Assembly (NCBI GenBank): GCA_023402015.1
Contig: JAEXCU010000001.1
Span: 16,652-80,651 of the forward strand
DNA: 64,000 bases
Reading direction: 5' to 3'
Source: Pseudomonadota bacterium
GTDB lineage: Bacteria > Pseudomonadota > Alphaproteobacteria > Rs-D84
The notes beneath the pieces are model-generated. The model saw only the letters and a program-made list of their open reading frames with translations. It was not told the DNA's origin and did not search any database. Numbering within the stretch: the first letter of the stretch is position 1; each line of letters starts with the position of its first letter. Positions 36,717 through 46,332 of the stretch are shown in pieces. Both the position numbers and the translations under genes were made by a program.

Positions 36717-37376
36717 ATGATGACACCAGAACAATATTTTACCGCGGTTCCAAAATCGTTGAATATGGATATACGCAGTGAATTATATTACACAAATGAA
36801 TTCACATTTGCGGTCGCGGTTATATTGTCGGCCCAGGCAACGGATAAAAAGGTCAACGAAATAACGCCTGAATTATTTCGCGTTGCACCAACGCCGGCAA
36901 TGATGCTAAAACTGGGGTCGGACGGTTTAAAAGAACATATCCGTGTTATATCGTTCTTTAATAACAAGGCAAAAAGTATCTTGGGACTGGCCGAACAATT
37001 AATGAACGACGGCGGCGGGGAAAATGAAAAATATAAATTCCCGGAAAAATATCACAACCGCGATGCCTTGATGAAATTACCTGGGATTGGTCAAAAAACC
37101 GCAAATGTTGTTATGAACGTTTTGTGGGGCGCGCCAAATATTGGTGTGGACACACATATTTTCCGTAATGCACACAGATATGGATGGGTCGGTGCGGCGG
37201 AAAACACCCCCGAAAAGGTGGAAGAAAAACTGTTGCAAATAATACCGAAACAGTATCATGCCATTGCAAATCACGTTATGGTTTTGCATGGTCGTTATAT
37301 TTGCCGGGCACTGCGACCACAATGTGCAAATTGTCCGGTTGCGCAATTTTGTCAGGCCCCAGACAGAATTATATAA
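36717..37376 (+). CDS. nth: endonuclease III
   Basis: The HhH-GPD motif is LPGIGQKTANVV. The C-terminal 4Fe-4S cluster is C..........C..C.....C (CRALRPQCANCPVAQFC). Confidence 0.92.
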   Translation: MMTPEQYFTAVPKSLNMDIRSELYYTNEFTFAVAVILSAQATDKKVNEITPELFRVAPTPAMMLKLGSDGLKEHIRVISFFNNKAKSILGLAEQLMNDGGGENEKYKFPEKYHNRDALMKLPGIGQKTANVVMNVLWGAPNIGVDTHIFRNAHRYGWVGAAENTPEKVEEKLLQIIPKQYHAIANHVMVLHGRYICRALRPQCANCPVAQFCQAPDRII

Positions 37377-37386
37377 AATGACAAAA

Positions 37387-37410
37387 ACATCGGTAAATAC
37401 CGGTGTTTTA
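37387..37410. terminator. terminator, CGGTAAATACCGG variant
   Basis: ACATCGG-TAAATA-CCGGTGT flanked by A and T runs, between convergent nth and the micro-ORF. Confidence 0.7.
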
Positions 37411-37412
37411 TT

Positions 37413-37502
37413 TTACTGGGCAATCATATATCCACACGCCAAAATTGCAATCACCATTACAACAAAAACAACGTTCTGTTTCGTTATTTTAAATTTTTTC
37501 AT
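37413..37502 (-). CDS. 29-codon micro-ORF encoding a single-TM or lipobox-like peptide, co-oriented after the pilin gene
   Basis: MKKFKITKQNVVFVVMVIAILACGYMIAQ. The context TAA-AGGGGGAATATT-ATG gives a strong SD 6 nt upstream. A terminator follows. It is below the ORF-track size cutoff. Confidence 0.4.
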   Translation of the reverse strand: MKKFKITKQNVVFVVMVIAILACGYMIAQ

Positions 37503-37514
37503 AATATTCCCCCT

Positions 37515-37880
37515 TTACCATCCGGTGGTCAATGCCGGGCACCCAAAATTTTGACCATTGCTCAGGAATCCCAACACAACCCCGATTGAAAACAACAATG
37601 CAAATCCGATAATCATTGGCAGACCGATGGCCTTGATACCTTCGGCAATGTTGTCTTTGCCGCCCAGTTTACCGGATGTGATGGCTTCCCACCCGTATTT
37701 GGCCAGAATAAATCCCGCACCCACAAATGCAAAAACGCGCAACGTTTTAAAAACACTTTGCAATCGGTTTATTAAATTACACATTTCTGTATTACCAACT
37801 GCGGCAAATGCCGGTGTGCATGCCAACACCATAATTGCCCCAACAATTGGTGCAGACAACCGACCGTTTGAATTCGGCAT
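37515..37880 (-). CDS. virB2: VirB2/TrbC-like type IV secretion pilin
   Basis: Long signal peptide ending TPAFA-AV. The mature region has two hydrophobic helices split by a charged loop (FVGAGFILAKYGWEAITSGKLGGKDNIAEGIKAIGLPMIIGFALLFSIGVV), which is the VirB2/TrbC architecture. Confidence 0.6.
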   Translation of the reverse strand: MPNSNGRLSAPIVGAIMVLACTPAFAAVGNTEMCNLINRLQSVFKTLRVFAFVGAGFILAKYGWEAITSGKLGGKDNIAEGIKAIGLPMIIGFALLFSIGVVLGFLSNGQNFGCPALTTGW

Positions 37881-38022
37881 AATCAAAGGAATAAAAAGAT
37901 GAAGATTTCCGGGATTTTTTCAAAAATAAAAACCGTCATAAAAAACGGTGGTTTGTTTTCGGCAATATAATTCGCCCTGTATGGCTTATATTTTATCACT
38001 TTGCGCCGTTTTACGCAACAAG

Positions 38023-38061
38023 AAAAAATCCCCTGCGGCCACGCCAAACGACAGCAGGGGA
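38023..38061 (-). terminator. intrinsic terminator after pheT
   Basis: Minus strand TCCCCTGC, 17 nt loop, GCAGGGGA followed by T6. Confidence 0.75.
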
Positions 38062-38067
38062 AACAAC

Positions 38068-40371
38068 CTATTTATCGCGAATTTGCGCATTGCATTTAGT
38101 GCCCACCGCGGCAATAACCCGATTTTGTAATTCCAACAGGTCGGCATCAGACATGTTTTCTGTTGGAATAATTGTGATTGTAAATGCAACAGACTTTTTC
38201 CCATCCGACAAATCAAACGCGTCAAACACAACCGCGTCTGTAATGCGATTATCAACCGCGCGGGCGGTCGCAGTAATCTTGTCCGCCGGGAAATTTGTAT
38301 CCACGATAAACGCAAAATCACGCGTTATCGGTTGAAAATCCGAAACAATTGGTTCGCGAACTTTGCGCACCCCCGGCAGGTTCGCAATATCGTCAACAAT
38401 TGCAATCATGACGGGTGTTTTTATCTTTAACGCACGCGCCACCGTTGGGTGCAGTTCACCAAATTCCGCAATTTTCTTTTTACCCTGGTAAATTGCCCCG
38501 TATCTGTACGGATGCGCCCAACGCGGTGGGTTTTCCGCACTGACGGTGAAATTCTGGCCATGCATTAACGCAATCAGGTCGGCCTTGACATCGTAAATAT
38601 CACGCGGCCGATTGCGACGCGTCCAATGACGTGGACCATTATCGCCGGTACGCACGATACAGATTTGTGTATGCTGCGCGCCCGGGGTATCGCCGTCAAA
38701 AACGGTTCCCAATTCAAACATGTTTAAATCCGGATACCCGTGTTTTTCATTTTCTGCAACAAATCCCAACATGTTGCCCAACAAACCATTACGTGCGGTA
38801 TCCATTTCGTTCGTAATCGGGTTTGCCAATTTAACAGACGGAGCATCAGAAATTATTTTTTCAATATTGGAATTTCCAAATCCAAATGATTTGCATTCGT
38901 TTAATCCGCGCGCCGCCAATTCTTGCTTGGTCCGCAAATTGTAATCATTATGCGTACCCGCGTACGACGGACGATGTATCGCAGTCCGCGCGATATTATC
39001 ATATCCGTAAATACGTATCAGTTCAGATACAATATTTTCTGCAATCATAATATCCACGCGGGCAGGGCGGGGCGCAATAATCCATTCGTTATCATTTATT
39101 TGAACAGCGAATCCCAATTTGTTCAAAATTTCTTGCTGAATTTCTGGCGACATATTTATGCCAGTTTTTTTTGAAAATAAATCAGGATTATATTTTATTT
39201 TAACATCCGGATTTGGTATTTCGCCACCAATTGCGGTACCAACAATTTCACCACCACATTCGTTCATAATAATTTTCGCCGCACGCGCCAGGGCAATGCC
39301 CGTTATTGTTGGGTCAATACCGCGTTCATAACGATATGATGCATCGGTGGAAATACCCAAGCGTTTCGCCGTTTTACGAACAGAAACCGGGTCAAAATAC
39401 GCACTTTCCAAAATAATATTTTTGGTTTTATCGGTGGTCATACCGCGCGCGCCACCAACAACCCCGGCCAGGGCCAAAATACCATTGTCATCTGCGATAA
39501 CGATATCTGTGGCGGCCAGTTCATGTTCCGTGCCGAACAGGTCTGTGAATTTTTCCCCCGCATTTGCCATGCGCACAGTTATATCACCAACAATTTCATC
39601 TGCGTCAAAGCAATGCATCGGCTGACCCATGTCATAGCAGATATAGTTTGTCGCATCAATCGGTGCATTTTTCGGATTAATTCCAATCGCGGCCAGGCGG
39701 GATGCAATTACCCGATTGCTGGGCGCCATTTTTATACCATGAATTTCACATAATTGATAAACCGGACATTTATCCGTTTTTATATTTACACCACGCGCAG
39801 ATTTCAACGGGGCCAGCGTTTCGTCTGTTGGCGCAATGTATATTCCCGCCCCACATGCAGCCAAATCACGTGCAACACCACGCACCGCCAGATAGTCGGG
39901 ACGATTTGGTGTAATACCTGCATCAAAAACAATTTTGGTATCAACGACGGGCGCGCCGATTTTTGTATCAATGGGCAATTCAATAATACCACTGTGGTCG
40001 TCGTTTAATCCCAATTCGCGGCCACTGCACATCATGCCGTCGGACATTACGCCGCGCAGTTTACCACTTTTTATTTCGTGGCCCGCAATAACGCAACCTG
40101 GCACGGCCAGCGCAGATATTAATCCAACCCGCGCATTTGGTGCGCCACATACAATCTGGCGCAATTTGCCGGACCCATCATCCACCTGTAAGATGTGTAA
40201 ATGATCGCTGCCCGCCAGTGGTTCGCACTGGGTAATTTTGGCCGCAATTGGTGCAACAGGCGCGATTAAATCTTCCACTTCCAGCCCAGTCCGCGTCAGC
40301 GTGTCCGCAATTTCAGATGCAGTTAAATCTGTTTTCAGATAATCTGTTAACCAATCATATGTCCATTTCAT
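38068..40371 (-). CDS. pheT: phenylalanine--tRNA ligase beta subunit
   Basis: MKWTYDWLTDYL start, then tRNA-binding, B3/4, B5 and FDX-ACB domains. Start trimmed to ATG 40371. Confidence 0.94.
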   Translation of the reverse strand: MKWTYDWLTDYLKTDLTASEIADTLTRTGLEVEDLIAPVAPIAAKITQCEPLAGSDHLHILQVDDGSGKLRQIVCGAPNARVGLISALAVPGCVIAGHEIKSGKLRGVMSDGMMCSGRELGLNDDHSGIIELPIDTKIGAPVVDTKIVFDAGITPNRPDYLAVRGVARDLAACGAGIYIAPTDETLAPLKSARGVNIKTDKCPVYQLCEIHGIKMAPSNRVIASRLAAIGINPKNAPIDATNYICYDMGQPMHCFDADEIVGDITVRMANAGEKFTDLFGTEHELAATDIVIADDNGILALAGVVGGARGMTTDKTKNIILESAYFDPVSVRKTAKRLGISTDASYRYERGIDPTITGIALARAAKIIMNECGGEIVGTAIGGEIPNPDVKIKYNPDLFSKKTGINMSPEIQQEILNKLGFAVQINDNEWIIAPRPARVDIMIAENIVSELIRIYGYDNIARTAIHRPSYAGTHNDYNLRTKQELAARGLNECKSFGFGNSNIEKIISDAPSVKLANPITNEMDTARNGLLGNMLGFVAENEKHGYPDLNMFELGTVFDGDTPGAQHTQICIVRTGDNGPRHWTRRNRPRDIYDVKADLIALMHGQNFTVSAENPPRWAHPYRYGAIYQGKKKIAEFGELHPTVARALKIKTPVMIAIVDDIANLPGVRKVREPIVSDFQPITRDFAFIVDTNFPADKITATARAVDNRITDAVVFDAFDLSDGKKSVAFTITIIPTENMSDADLLELQNRVIAAVGTKCNAQIRDK

Positions 40372-40387
40372 TTTCGCGTCCTTAGTC

Positions 40388-41341
40388 TTAAAAACCTGTG
40401 TTTTGCAGCCACCGCGTATCACCATCATAGAATTTGCGGATGTCGTTTAAACCATATTTCAACATGGCCAATCTGTCCCAACCGAACCCAAATGCAAATC
40501 CCTGGTATTGGTCCGGGTCAATGCCACAGTTTCGTAAAACATTGGGATGAACCATTCCTGCCCCCATGATTTCCAACCATTTGTCGCCATGCCATTTGAT
40601 ATCAATCTCTATGCTGGGTTCAGTAAATGGGAAATATGATGGACGAATGCGTAATTCCACATCTTTCAGTTCAAAAAATCTTTTTAGAAATTCCTGAACA
40701 TCGCCAATTAAATCAGACATTGTGATATCGCGACCAATATACAGTCCTTCTATCTGGTGAAACATCGGACTGTGTGTGGCATCCATTTCTTTGCGGTATG
40801 TTGCGCCAACGCCAAACATTTTAATTGGCACCCCGTCAGATTCCATGGAACGCACCTGAATCGCGGATGTTTGTGTACGCAAAACATTGCCATTTGGTAA
40901 AAAGAACGTATCCTGCATATCACGGGCGGGGTGATGCGCGGGGGTATTTAATGCGGTAAAGTTATGCCAGTCATCTTCCACCTCAGGCCCGGTCCACATT
41001 GTGTAGCCAAAAGATTCTAATATCCCAGAAATTTCGTGCAAAGATTGTGTCAACGGGTGCAATGTTCCGCGATTTTCCGGCATTGGATTCAGACTGACGT
41101 CCATACGCTGTTTTTCCAATGCGGCCTGAATCATGGCATTTTCAATTTCTGTTTGGCGCAATTTAAATAATTCACGCAGTTCGGCGTTTTCACGATTTAA
41201 TGCCGCGCGCGCATCATTGTCCAAATTCTTCATTTCGCGCAACCGCATGGTCATTGTACCGTTTTTTCCGAAAACCGACGCATACAACGCCTGTAATTCG
41301 GGCAGTGAATTAATATTTTTTATCTGTTCTTGCATATCCAT
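40388..41341 (-). CDS. pheS: phenylalanine--tRNA ligase alpha subunit
   Basis: Class II core motifs (HPARDMQDTFF, FRPSYFPFTEPS, GAGMVHPNVL). Confidence 0.95.
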   Translation of the reverse strand: MDMQEQIKNINSLPELQALYASVFGKNGTMTMRLREMKNLDNDARAALNRENAELRELFKLRQTEIENAMIQAALEKQRMDVSLNPMPENRGTLHPLTQSLHEISGILESFGYTMWTGPEVEDDWHNFTALNTPAHHPARDMQDTFFLPNGNVLRTQTSAIQVRSMESDGVPIKMFGVGATYRKEMDATHSPMFHQIEGLYIGRDITMSDLIGDVQEFLKRFFELKDVELRIRPSYFPFTEPSIEIDIKWHGDKWLEIMGAGMVHPNVLRNCGIDPDQYQGFAFGFGWDRLAMLKYGLNDIRKFYDGDTRWLQNTGF

Positions 41342-41353
41342 ACCTTCTAAAAT

Positions 41354-41380
41354 AAAAAAGCCGTCGGCTGACGGCTTTTA
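41354..41380 (-). terminator. hairpin between rplT and pheS
   Basis: AGCCGTC-ggct-GACGGCT flanked by A and T runs. Confidence 0.65.
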
Positions 41381-41411
41381 TTATGACAAAACAAAACCTT
41401 ACCGCCAAGGG

Positions 41412-41780
41412 TTATTTAGATTCCCCGCCGATAAATCGTTTTGCTGTATCTACTAATTTTACAAAGTTTTCATCACCCGCATATGCCATTTCGGCCAAAA
41501 CTTTGCGGTCCAGCGCAACGCCGGCCTTTTTCAGACCGTTCATAAACTGGCTGTATGTCAGACCATTTTGACGCACAGCGGCGTTAATACGAACAATCCA
41601 CAAACCACGAAATTCACGTTTTTTAACGCGACGGTCGCGATATGCGTACTGTCCCGCCTTTTCTGTTTTTTCGCGTGCGGCACGATATGTTGTGCTGTGG
41701 CGACCCAGATACCCTTTGGCACGGGCCAATATTTTATTGTGTTTTTGTTTTACGGTTGTTCCGCGTTTAACTCTTGCCAT
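41412..41780 (-). CDS. rplT: 50S ribosomal protein L20
   Basis: [18 protein letters not shown]... Confidence 0.96.
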   Translation of the reverse strand: MARVKRGTTVKQKHNKILARAKGYLGRHSTTYRAAREKTEKAGQYAYRDRRVKKREFRGLWIVRINAAVRQNGLTYSQFMNGLKKAGVALDRKVLAEMAYAGDENFVKLVDTAKRFIGGESK

Positions 41781-41798
41781 AAATCTACCCCCTTGTGA

Positions 41799-42002
41799 TT
41801 ATTTCAGACCATATGGGGCCAGGATTTTTGCCTGCGGCACCATGTTATCATTTAAATACTGTGGTTTTGAACCCGCATTGTTTGCACGTGCAGATTTTTT
41901 ACGCAGCAGTTTTTTGTGGGCATTTCTGGCAACACGGATTTTACCGGTCGCGGTCATAGATGCGCGCTTTTTCAAGTACGACTTAGTCTTTAATTTTGGC
42001 AT
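41799..42002 (-). CDS. rpmI: 50S ribosomal protein L35
   Basis: MPKLKTKSYLKKRASMTATGKIRVARNAHKKLLRKKS. Start trimmed to ATG 42002. Confidence 0.93.
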   Translation of the reverse strand: MPKLKTKSYLKKRASMTATGKIRVARNAHKKLLRKKSARANNAGSKPQYLNDNMVPQAKILAPYGLK

Positions 42003-42139
42003 TTTATAACCTCTTATTATGTCCGGGTGGCAGCCAATTGCCACTTTGGATATTTGTTTGCGATGCCTATTTTGACATAATTAAATGAAAAATCAAGTTT
42101 TTATTGAATGTTGATATTTTAACGATTAAACTGTGCCCC

Positions 42140-42961
42140 ATGAACCAGAACAAGTTATCTTCCAAGGCACGCCAATTAATTAAATCTGCGGTTGCGGCGG
42201 CAATTTTGCCGATTTTATTCATATATATTATGATTGCAAAACCGGATTACACAATTATGAACGGATTGGCGCATGTTGTGTTGCCAGTGGCAAACTGGGT
42301 TGGGGATATTATAACATGGCCTGTGCGCGCGGTTGGCGCGGCGGCGGACAATATTCGCGAACTGGGCAACCTGCGTACAGAAAACGAAGAATTGCGTGTG
42401 CGGCTGGACGATGCATTGCGCAACAAAAATATATGTGATGTGGCGGTTTTAGAAAACCAAAAATTATCCCGCGAATTGGATTTGATTGCGTCCCAGCCGC
42501 GACGTGCCGTCATGGCAGATGTTATGTACGACAACACTGCATTTCATCACAGCACATTTTTAATCACCAAGGGCGTACGTCATGGCCTGGAACAGGGCAT
42601 GGTTGTTGTATCCACAGACGGAATGTTGGTTGGTGTTATAATGGATGTGGCCCCAAATTTTTCACGGGTGCGGGCACTGACCGATTCCAATACAAATATT
42701 GCCGTGCGCGTCGTCGGGTCCGAGGTTTATGGTTTCCTGCAAGGAAACGGTTCCAATCAACCCACAATGGGATTTTTCAGCGACCCTGAATTTCAGGCCG
42801 GCCGTGGTGTAAAACTGATAACCAGTAATATTGGTGGGGTTTTGCCAAATGGAATCATTGTTGGCGAAATGGTTAATGAAACAGATGTTCGTGTATTGCC
42901 GCCGTCGCAACTGTCGCGCGTAATGGTTTTGCAATTTGATACAACAAACGAATACAAATGA
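42140..42961 (+). CDS. mreC: rod shape-determining protein MreC
   Basis: N-terminal TM, coiled coil (LRTENEELRVRLDD), and beta-rich C-terminal domains (GMVVVSTDGMLVGVI). Followed by mreD and mrdA. Confidence 0.88.
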   Translation: MNQNKLSSKARQLIKSAVAAAILPILFIYIMIAKPDYTIMNGLAHVVLPVANWVGDIITWPVRAVGAAADNIRELGNLRTENEELRVRLDDALRNKNICDVAVLENQKLSRELDLIASQPRRAVMADVMYDNTAFHHSTFLITKGVRHGLEQGMVVVSTDGMLVGVIMDVAPNFSRVRALTDSNTNIAVRVVGSEVYGFLQGNGSNQPTMGFFSDPEFQAGRGVKLITSNIGGVLPNGIIVGEMVNETDVRVLPPSQLSRVMVLQFDTTNEYK

Positions 42962-43413
42962 AGACACAGATTATAAATTTTTTGCGCGCCGCATTTCCAT
43001 TTTTGGCCGTGCTGGTGTTGTGGCGTTTGTCGTATCCGTTTTGGAATCCGGCAGGCGTGCTGGCCGTTATACCAATATTTTATTGTTCATTTGTTCGGCC
43101 AACGCCTTGGTTTGCACCGTGGGCGGTGTTGTTTTGTTTTTTATTGGATTATAAGTTTGATACGCTGTTTTACTGGACGGCATTGTATTGCATATTATAC
43201 GCAGCAAATGGATTTCAGAACTTTATTGATTTAACCCGGGCACCCAAAAATGCAATTGCGGTATTTATGATTTTCTTTGGATGCGCGATTTTAATTTTAG
43301 CGCTGATGAATTTTAATTTAACAAACATTGTACGGGCATTGTGGATATTCGCATGGACATGCACATTGTATATGCCAATTACCGTACTTATCAAAAGGGC
43401 GTCCAATGATTGA
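42958..43413 (+). CDS. mreD: rod shape-determining protein MreD (by position and topology)
   Basis: 151-aa polytopic membrane protein located between mreC and mrdA with overlapping junctions. Confidence 0.65.
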   Translation: MKTQIINFLRAAFPFLAVLVLWRLSYPFWNPAGVLAVIPIFYCSFVRPTPWFAPWAVLFCFLLDYKFDTLFYWTALYCILYAANGFQNFIDLTRAPKNAIAVFMIFFGCAILILALMNFNLTNIVRALWIFAWTCTLYMPITVLIKRASND

Positions 43414-45181
43414 TACCGAAGTCGCCCGTCAATTTGATCGTCGTTCTGCGTTATTTTTAACCGCTGGCACTGTTTTAACATCTGTGTTGGTGTTGCGCAT
43501 GTTGCAAATGCAGTTATTTAATTATCGCGATTACACCAAAAAAAGTGAAAGTAATTCGTTCCGCATTCAGAAAAACCTGCCCGAGCGGGGTAAAATATTG
43601 GCGTCATCGGGTGCACCCATTTCCCGCGATACGCCGACATATCGCATATATATAATTCCCGAAGAAACGTCCGATTTGGACGGCCTGATTACGACCGTTG
43701 CGACAGAATTAAAATTAACGAAAAAAACGGTTAAACGCATTTACGCGCGAATAAAAAAACAGGCGCGATTTCAACCCGCACTGGTCAGCGAAAATTCAGA
43801 TTGGACCCAATTGGCAAAATTACAGGCGAAAAATTTACCCGGTCTGCATGTACGTCCCGGATATTCGCGCGTATATGAACTGGGGCCGGCCGGTGCGCAA
43901 ATATTTGGATATACCGGTGCGCCAAATAAACCTGTTTCCAACGCACCATTTTACACAACCGGGATAACCGGATTGGAAAAACGTTTTAATGATGAGTTAT
44001 CGGGCCAAATGGGCCAGACGGTAATGATTACAAATGCTGTTGGCCGCATCACTGGCGAAGATAAATCACAATACGCGCCGGCAATTACGGGTAAAAACCT
44101 GCAAACCACAATCAATGACGCGGCCCAACGTGCAATGTATGATGCATTAACACTGCACCGGTCTGGATGCGGGGTCGCACTGGAAATCGCGACCGGCAAC
44201 ATATTGGCAATGGTTTCCGCGCCCAGTTTTGACCCAAATAATTTTGCAAACGATGATGGCGAAGAATATATTGCATCCCTGCGCAAAGATTATGCAAAAC
44301 CATTTATGAACAAAGCGGTTGAGGGTCTGTATCCGCCCGGATCTACATTTAAAATCGTTGTTGCATTGGCCGGATTGGAATCGGGCGCAATAACACCAAA
44401 TGAAAAAATATATTGCCCCGGGCATTGGGATTACGGGGACCGGCGATATCATTGCTGGGAAAGGGACGGCCATGGTTGGGTAAATCTGGCGGATGCATTG
44501 GCACATTCATGCGACATATATTTTTACCAGATTGCATTGCGCATCGGTATTGATGCGATAAAGGCAATGGCCATTAAATTGGGATTTACCGAAAAATATA
44601 TGGGCGATGTTATTTCGCGCGAAATGCCGGGTATTATTCCCGACAGACAATGGAAAGAAAAACAAATCGGTTATCGTTGGATGCATGGGGATACGATTAT
44701 TTCCGGCATCGGCCAGGGATTTATTCTGGCAAACTGTCTGCAATTGGCGGTAATGATGGCGCGTACCGCATCAAACAAGGTTGTAATTCCCCGTTTGATT
44801 GTGGATGATTCCGCCCCTGATTTTGCAGATTTGGGTCTGCAACGCAAAAATATAAATGCAGTACTGGGCGGATTGGAACGCGTTTTGCGACCCGGGGGCA
44901 CCGCCGCAGGCAGTGCGATTAACGTCCGCGGTATGCGCATGGGCGGTAAAACCGGCACCGCCCAGGTACGCAGTATTTCCCGCGCGGAACGTTTAAGCGG
45001 GGTTTTAACCAAAGAACAATTGGCATGGAATATGCGCGATCATGGGTTATTTGTTTCATATGCGCCAACAACGAACCCAAAATATGCGGTATGCGTTATC
45101 ACAGAACATTCCGGTGGCAGTGGCCAGGCCGCACGCACCGCCGCCGCGACAATGCGCGAATTGTTAAAGGACGAAAAATAA
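43406..45181 (+). CDS. mrdA: penicillin-binding protein 2 (elongasome transpeptidase)
   Basis: The N-terminal TM is followed by ERGKILASSG. The transpeptidase motifs are STFK (PGSTFKIV), a SxN-type motif and KTGTAQ. Start at ATG 43406 overlaps the mreD stop. Confidence 0.93.
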   Translation: MIDTEVARQFDRRSALFLTAGTVLTSVLVLRMLQMQLFNYRDYTKKSESNSFRIQKNLPERGKILASSGAPISRDTPTYRIYIIPEETSDLDGLITTVATELKLTKKTVKRIYARIKKQARFQPALVSENSDWTQLAKLQAKNLPGLHVRPGYSRVYELGPAGAQIFGYTGAPNKPVSNAPFYTTGITGLEKRFNDELSGQMGQTVMITNAVGRITGEDKSQYAPAITGKNLQTTINDAAQRAMYDALTLHRSGCGVALEIATGNILAMVSAPSFDPNNFANDDGEEYIASLRKDYAKPFMNKAVEGLYPPGSTFKIVVALAGLESGAITPNEKIYCPGHWDYGDRRYHCWERDGHGWVNLADALAHSCDIYFYQIALRIGIDAIKAMAIKLGFTEKYMGDVISREMPGIIPDRQWKEKQIGYRWMHGDTIISGIGQGFILANCLQLAVMMARTASNKVVIPRLIVDDSAPDFADLGLQRKNINAVLGGLERVLRPGGTAAGSAINVRGMRMGGKTGTAQVRSISRAERLSGVLTKEQLAWNMRDHGLFVSYAPTTNPKYAVCVITEHSGGSGQAARTAAATMRELLKDEK

Positions 45182-45182
45182 C

Positions 45183-46328
45183 ATGGCACGTCAAACACGC
45201 GTATCTAATGCAAATATGATGACGTTTTCTGAAAAACTGTCGCGTTTTTCGTGGGGTCTGTTTATCCCAATGTGTTTGGTTTTGGCGGCGTCTATTGTTG
45301 TTCTGTATTCGGCCGGGGGCGGGGCATGGCGACCATTCGCATTGTCCCAATTGATTAAAATTGTATTGGGGTTTGGCGTATTCTTTTTTGCTGCGTTTAC
45401 CAATATAAAAACATGGATAAAATCCGCGTATATAATTTATGCCGTCGCATTGATTATGATTGTGCTGGTAACATTTATCGGCCATACCGGTATGGGGGCG
45501 CAGCGGTGGCTGAATTTGGGATTTTTTCATGTGCAACCGTCTGAATTTATTAAAATTGCGCTGGTATTGGCATTGGCGCGTTATTTTGCATGGATGAATT
45601 CTGTGGAATTATCCCAGATAAAGAATTACATGGTGCCGGGTTTAATGCTGCTGGTGCCGTTTGGATTAATTGTAATGCAACCGGATTTGGGAACGGCGTT
45701 ATCATTGGGAATGATTACGGTTGGGATGTTTTATATCGTTGGCGCGCAAAAGAAATGGTTTATTATCGGTGCAATTTTAACGGCATTGGCCGCACCGGTT
45801 GTATGGTTTGGTGGTCTGCATGATTATCAACGCGATCGGATAATAACATTTGTGAATCCCGACCATGATGCCCAGGGTGCAGGTTATCAGATTAACCAGG
45901 CAAAAATTGCATTTGGATCAGGCGGTATAACCGGCAAAGGATACATGAACGGGTCCCAGTCCCAGCAATCATTCCTGCCGGAAAAGCAAACTGATTTTAT
46001 CTTTACCATGTTGGGCGAAGAATTTGGATTTATTGGGGCATTTTTACTGATTATTATTTACAGTATTATTGTAATTGTACTGTTTTGGTGTGCGAAAACA
46101 TGCCGCAACAGATTTGGTCAATTGGTATGCTTTGGTTTTATGTTGAACTTTTTCATTTATTATTTTATAAATATTTCTATGGTTCTGGGTCTGATGCCGA
46201 CTGTTGGGGTTCCGTTGCCATTAATGTCATTCGGCGGCAGCAGTTTATTATCATTGATGTTTGGATTCGGACTGTGTCAGAACGCACATATTCACAAAGA
46301 CCAGCAATTATCTGCCAAAGGAAGTTAA
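45183..46328 (+). CDS. rodA: SEDS-family peptidoglycan polymerase RodA
   Basis: 10-TM SEDS protein with QPSEFIKIALVLALA and TDFIFTMLGEEFGFIG. Confidence 0.93.
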   Translation: MARQTRVSNANMMTFSEKLSRFSWGLFIPMCLVLAASIVVLYSAGGGAWRPFALSQLIKIVLGFGVFFFAAFTNIKTWIKSAYIIYAVALIMIVLVTFIGHTGMGAQRWLNLGFFHVQPSEFIKIALVLALARYFAWMNSVELSQIKNYMVPGLMLLVPFGLIVMQPDLGTALSLGMITVGMFYIVGAQKKWFIIGAILTALAAPVVWFGGLHDYQRDRIITFVNPDHDAQGAGYQINQAKIAFGSGGITGKGYMNGSQSQQSFLPEKQTDFIFTMLGEEFGFIGAFLLIIIYSIIVIVLFWCAKTCRNRFGQLVCFGFMLNFFIYYFINISMVLGLMPTVGVPLPLMSFGGSSLLSLMFGFGLCQNAHIHKDQQLSAKGS

Positions 46329-46332
46329 AAAT

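Noticed and set aside
42045-42139. L20-binding translational operator upstream of rpmI
   Set aside because: The leader is short, and I could not find a convincing pseudoknot or 23S-mimic structure by eye. No claim is made.
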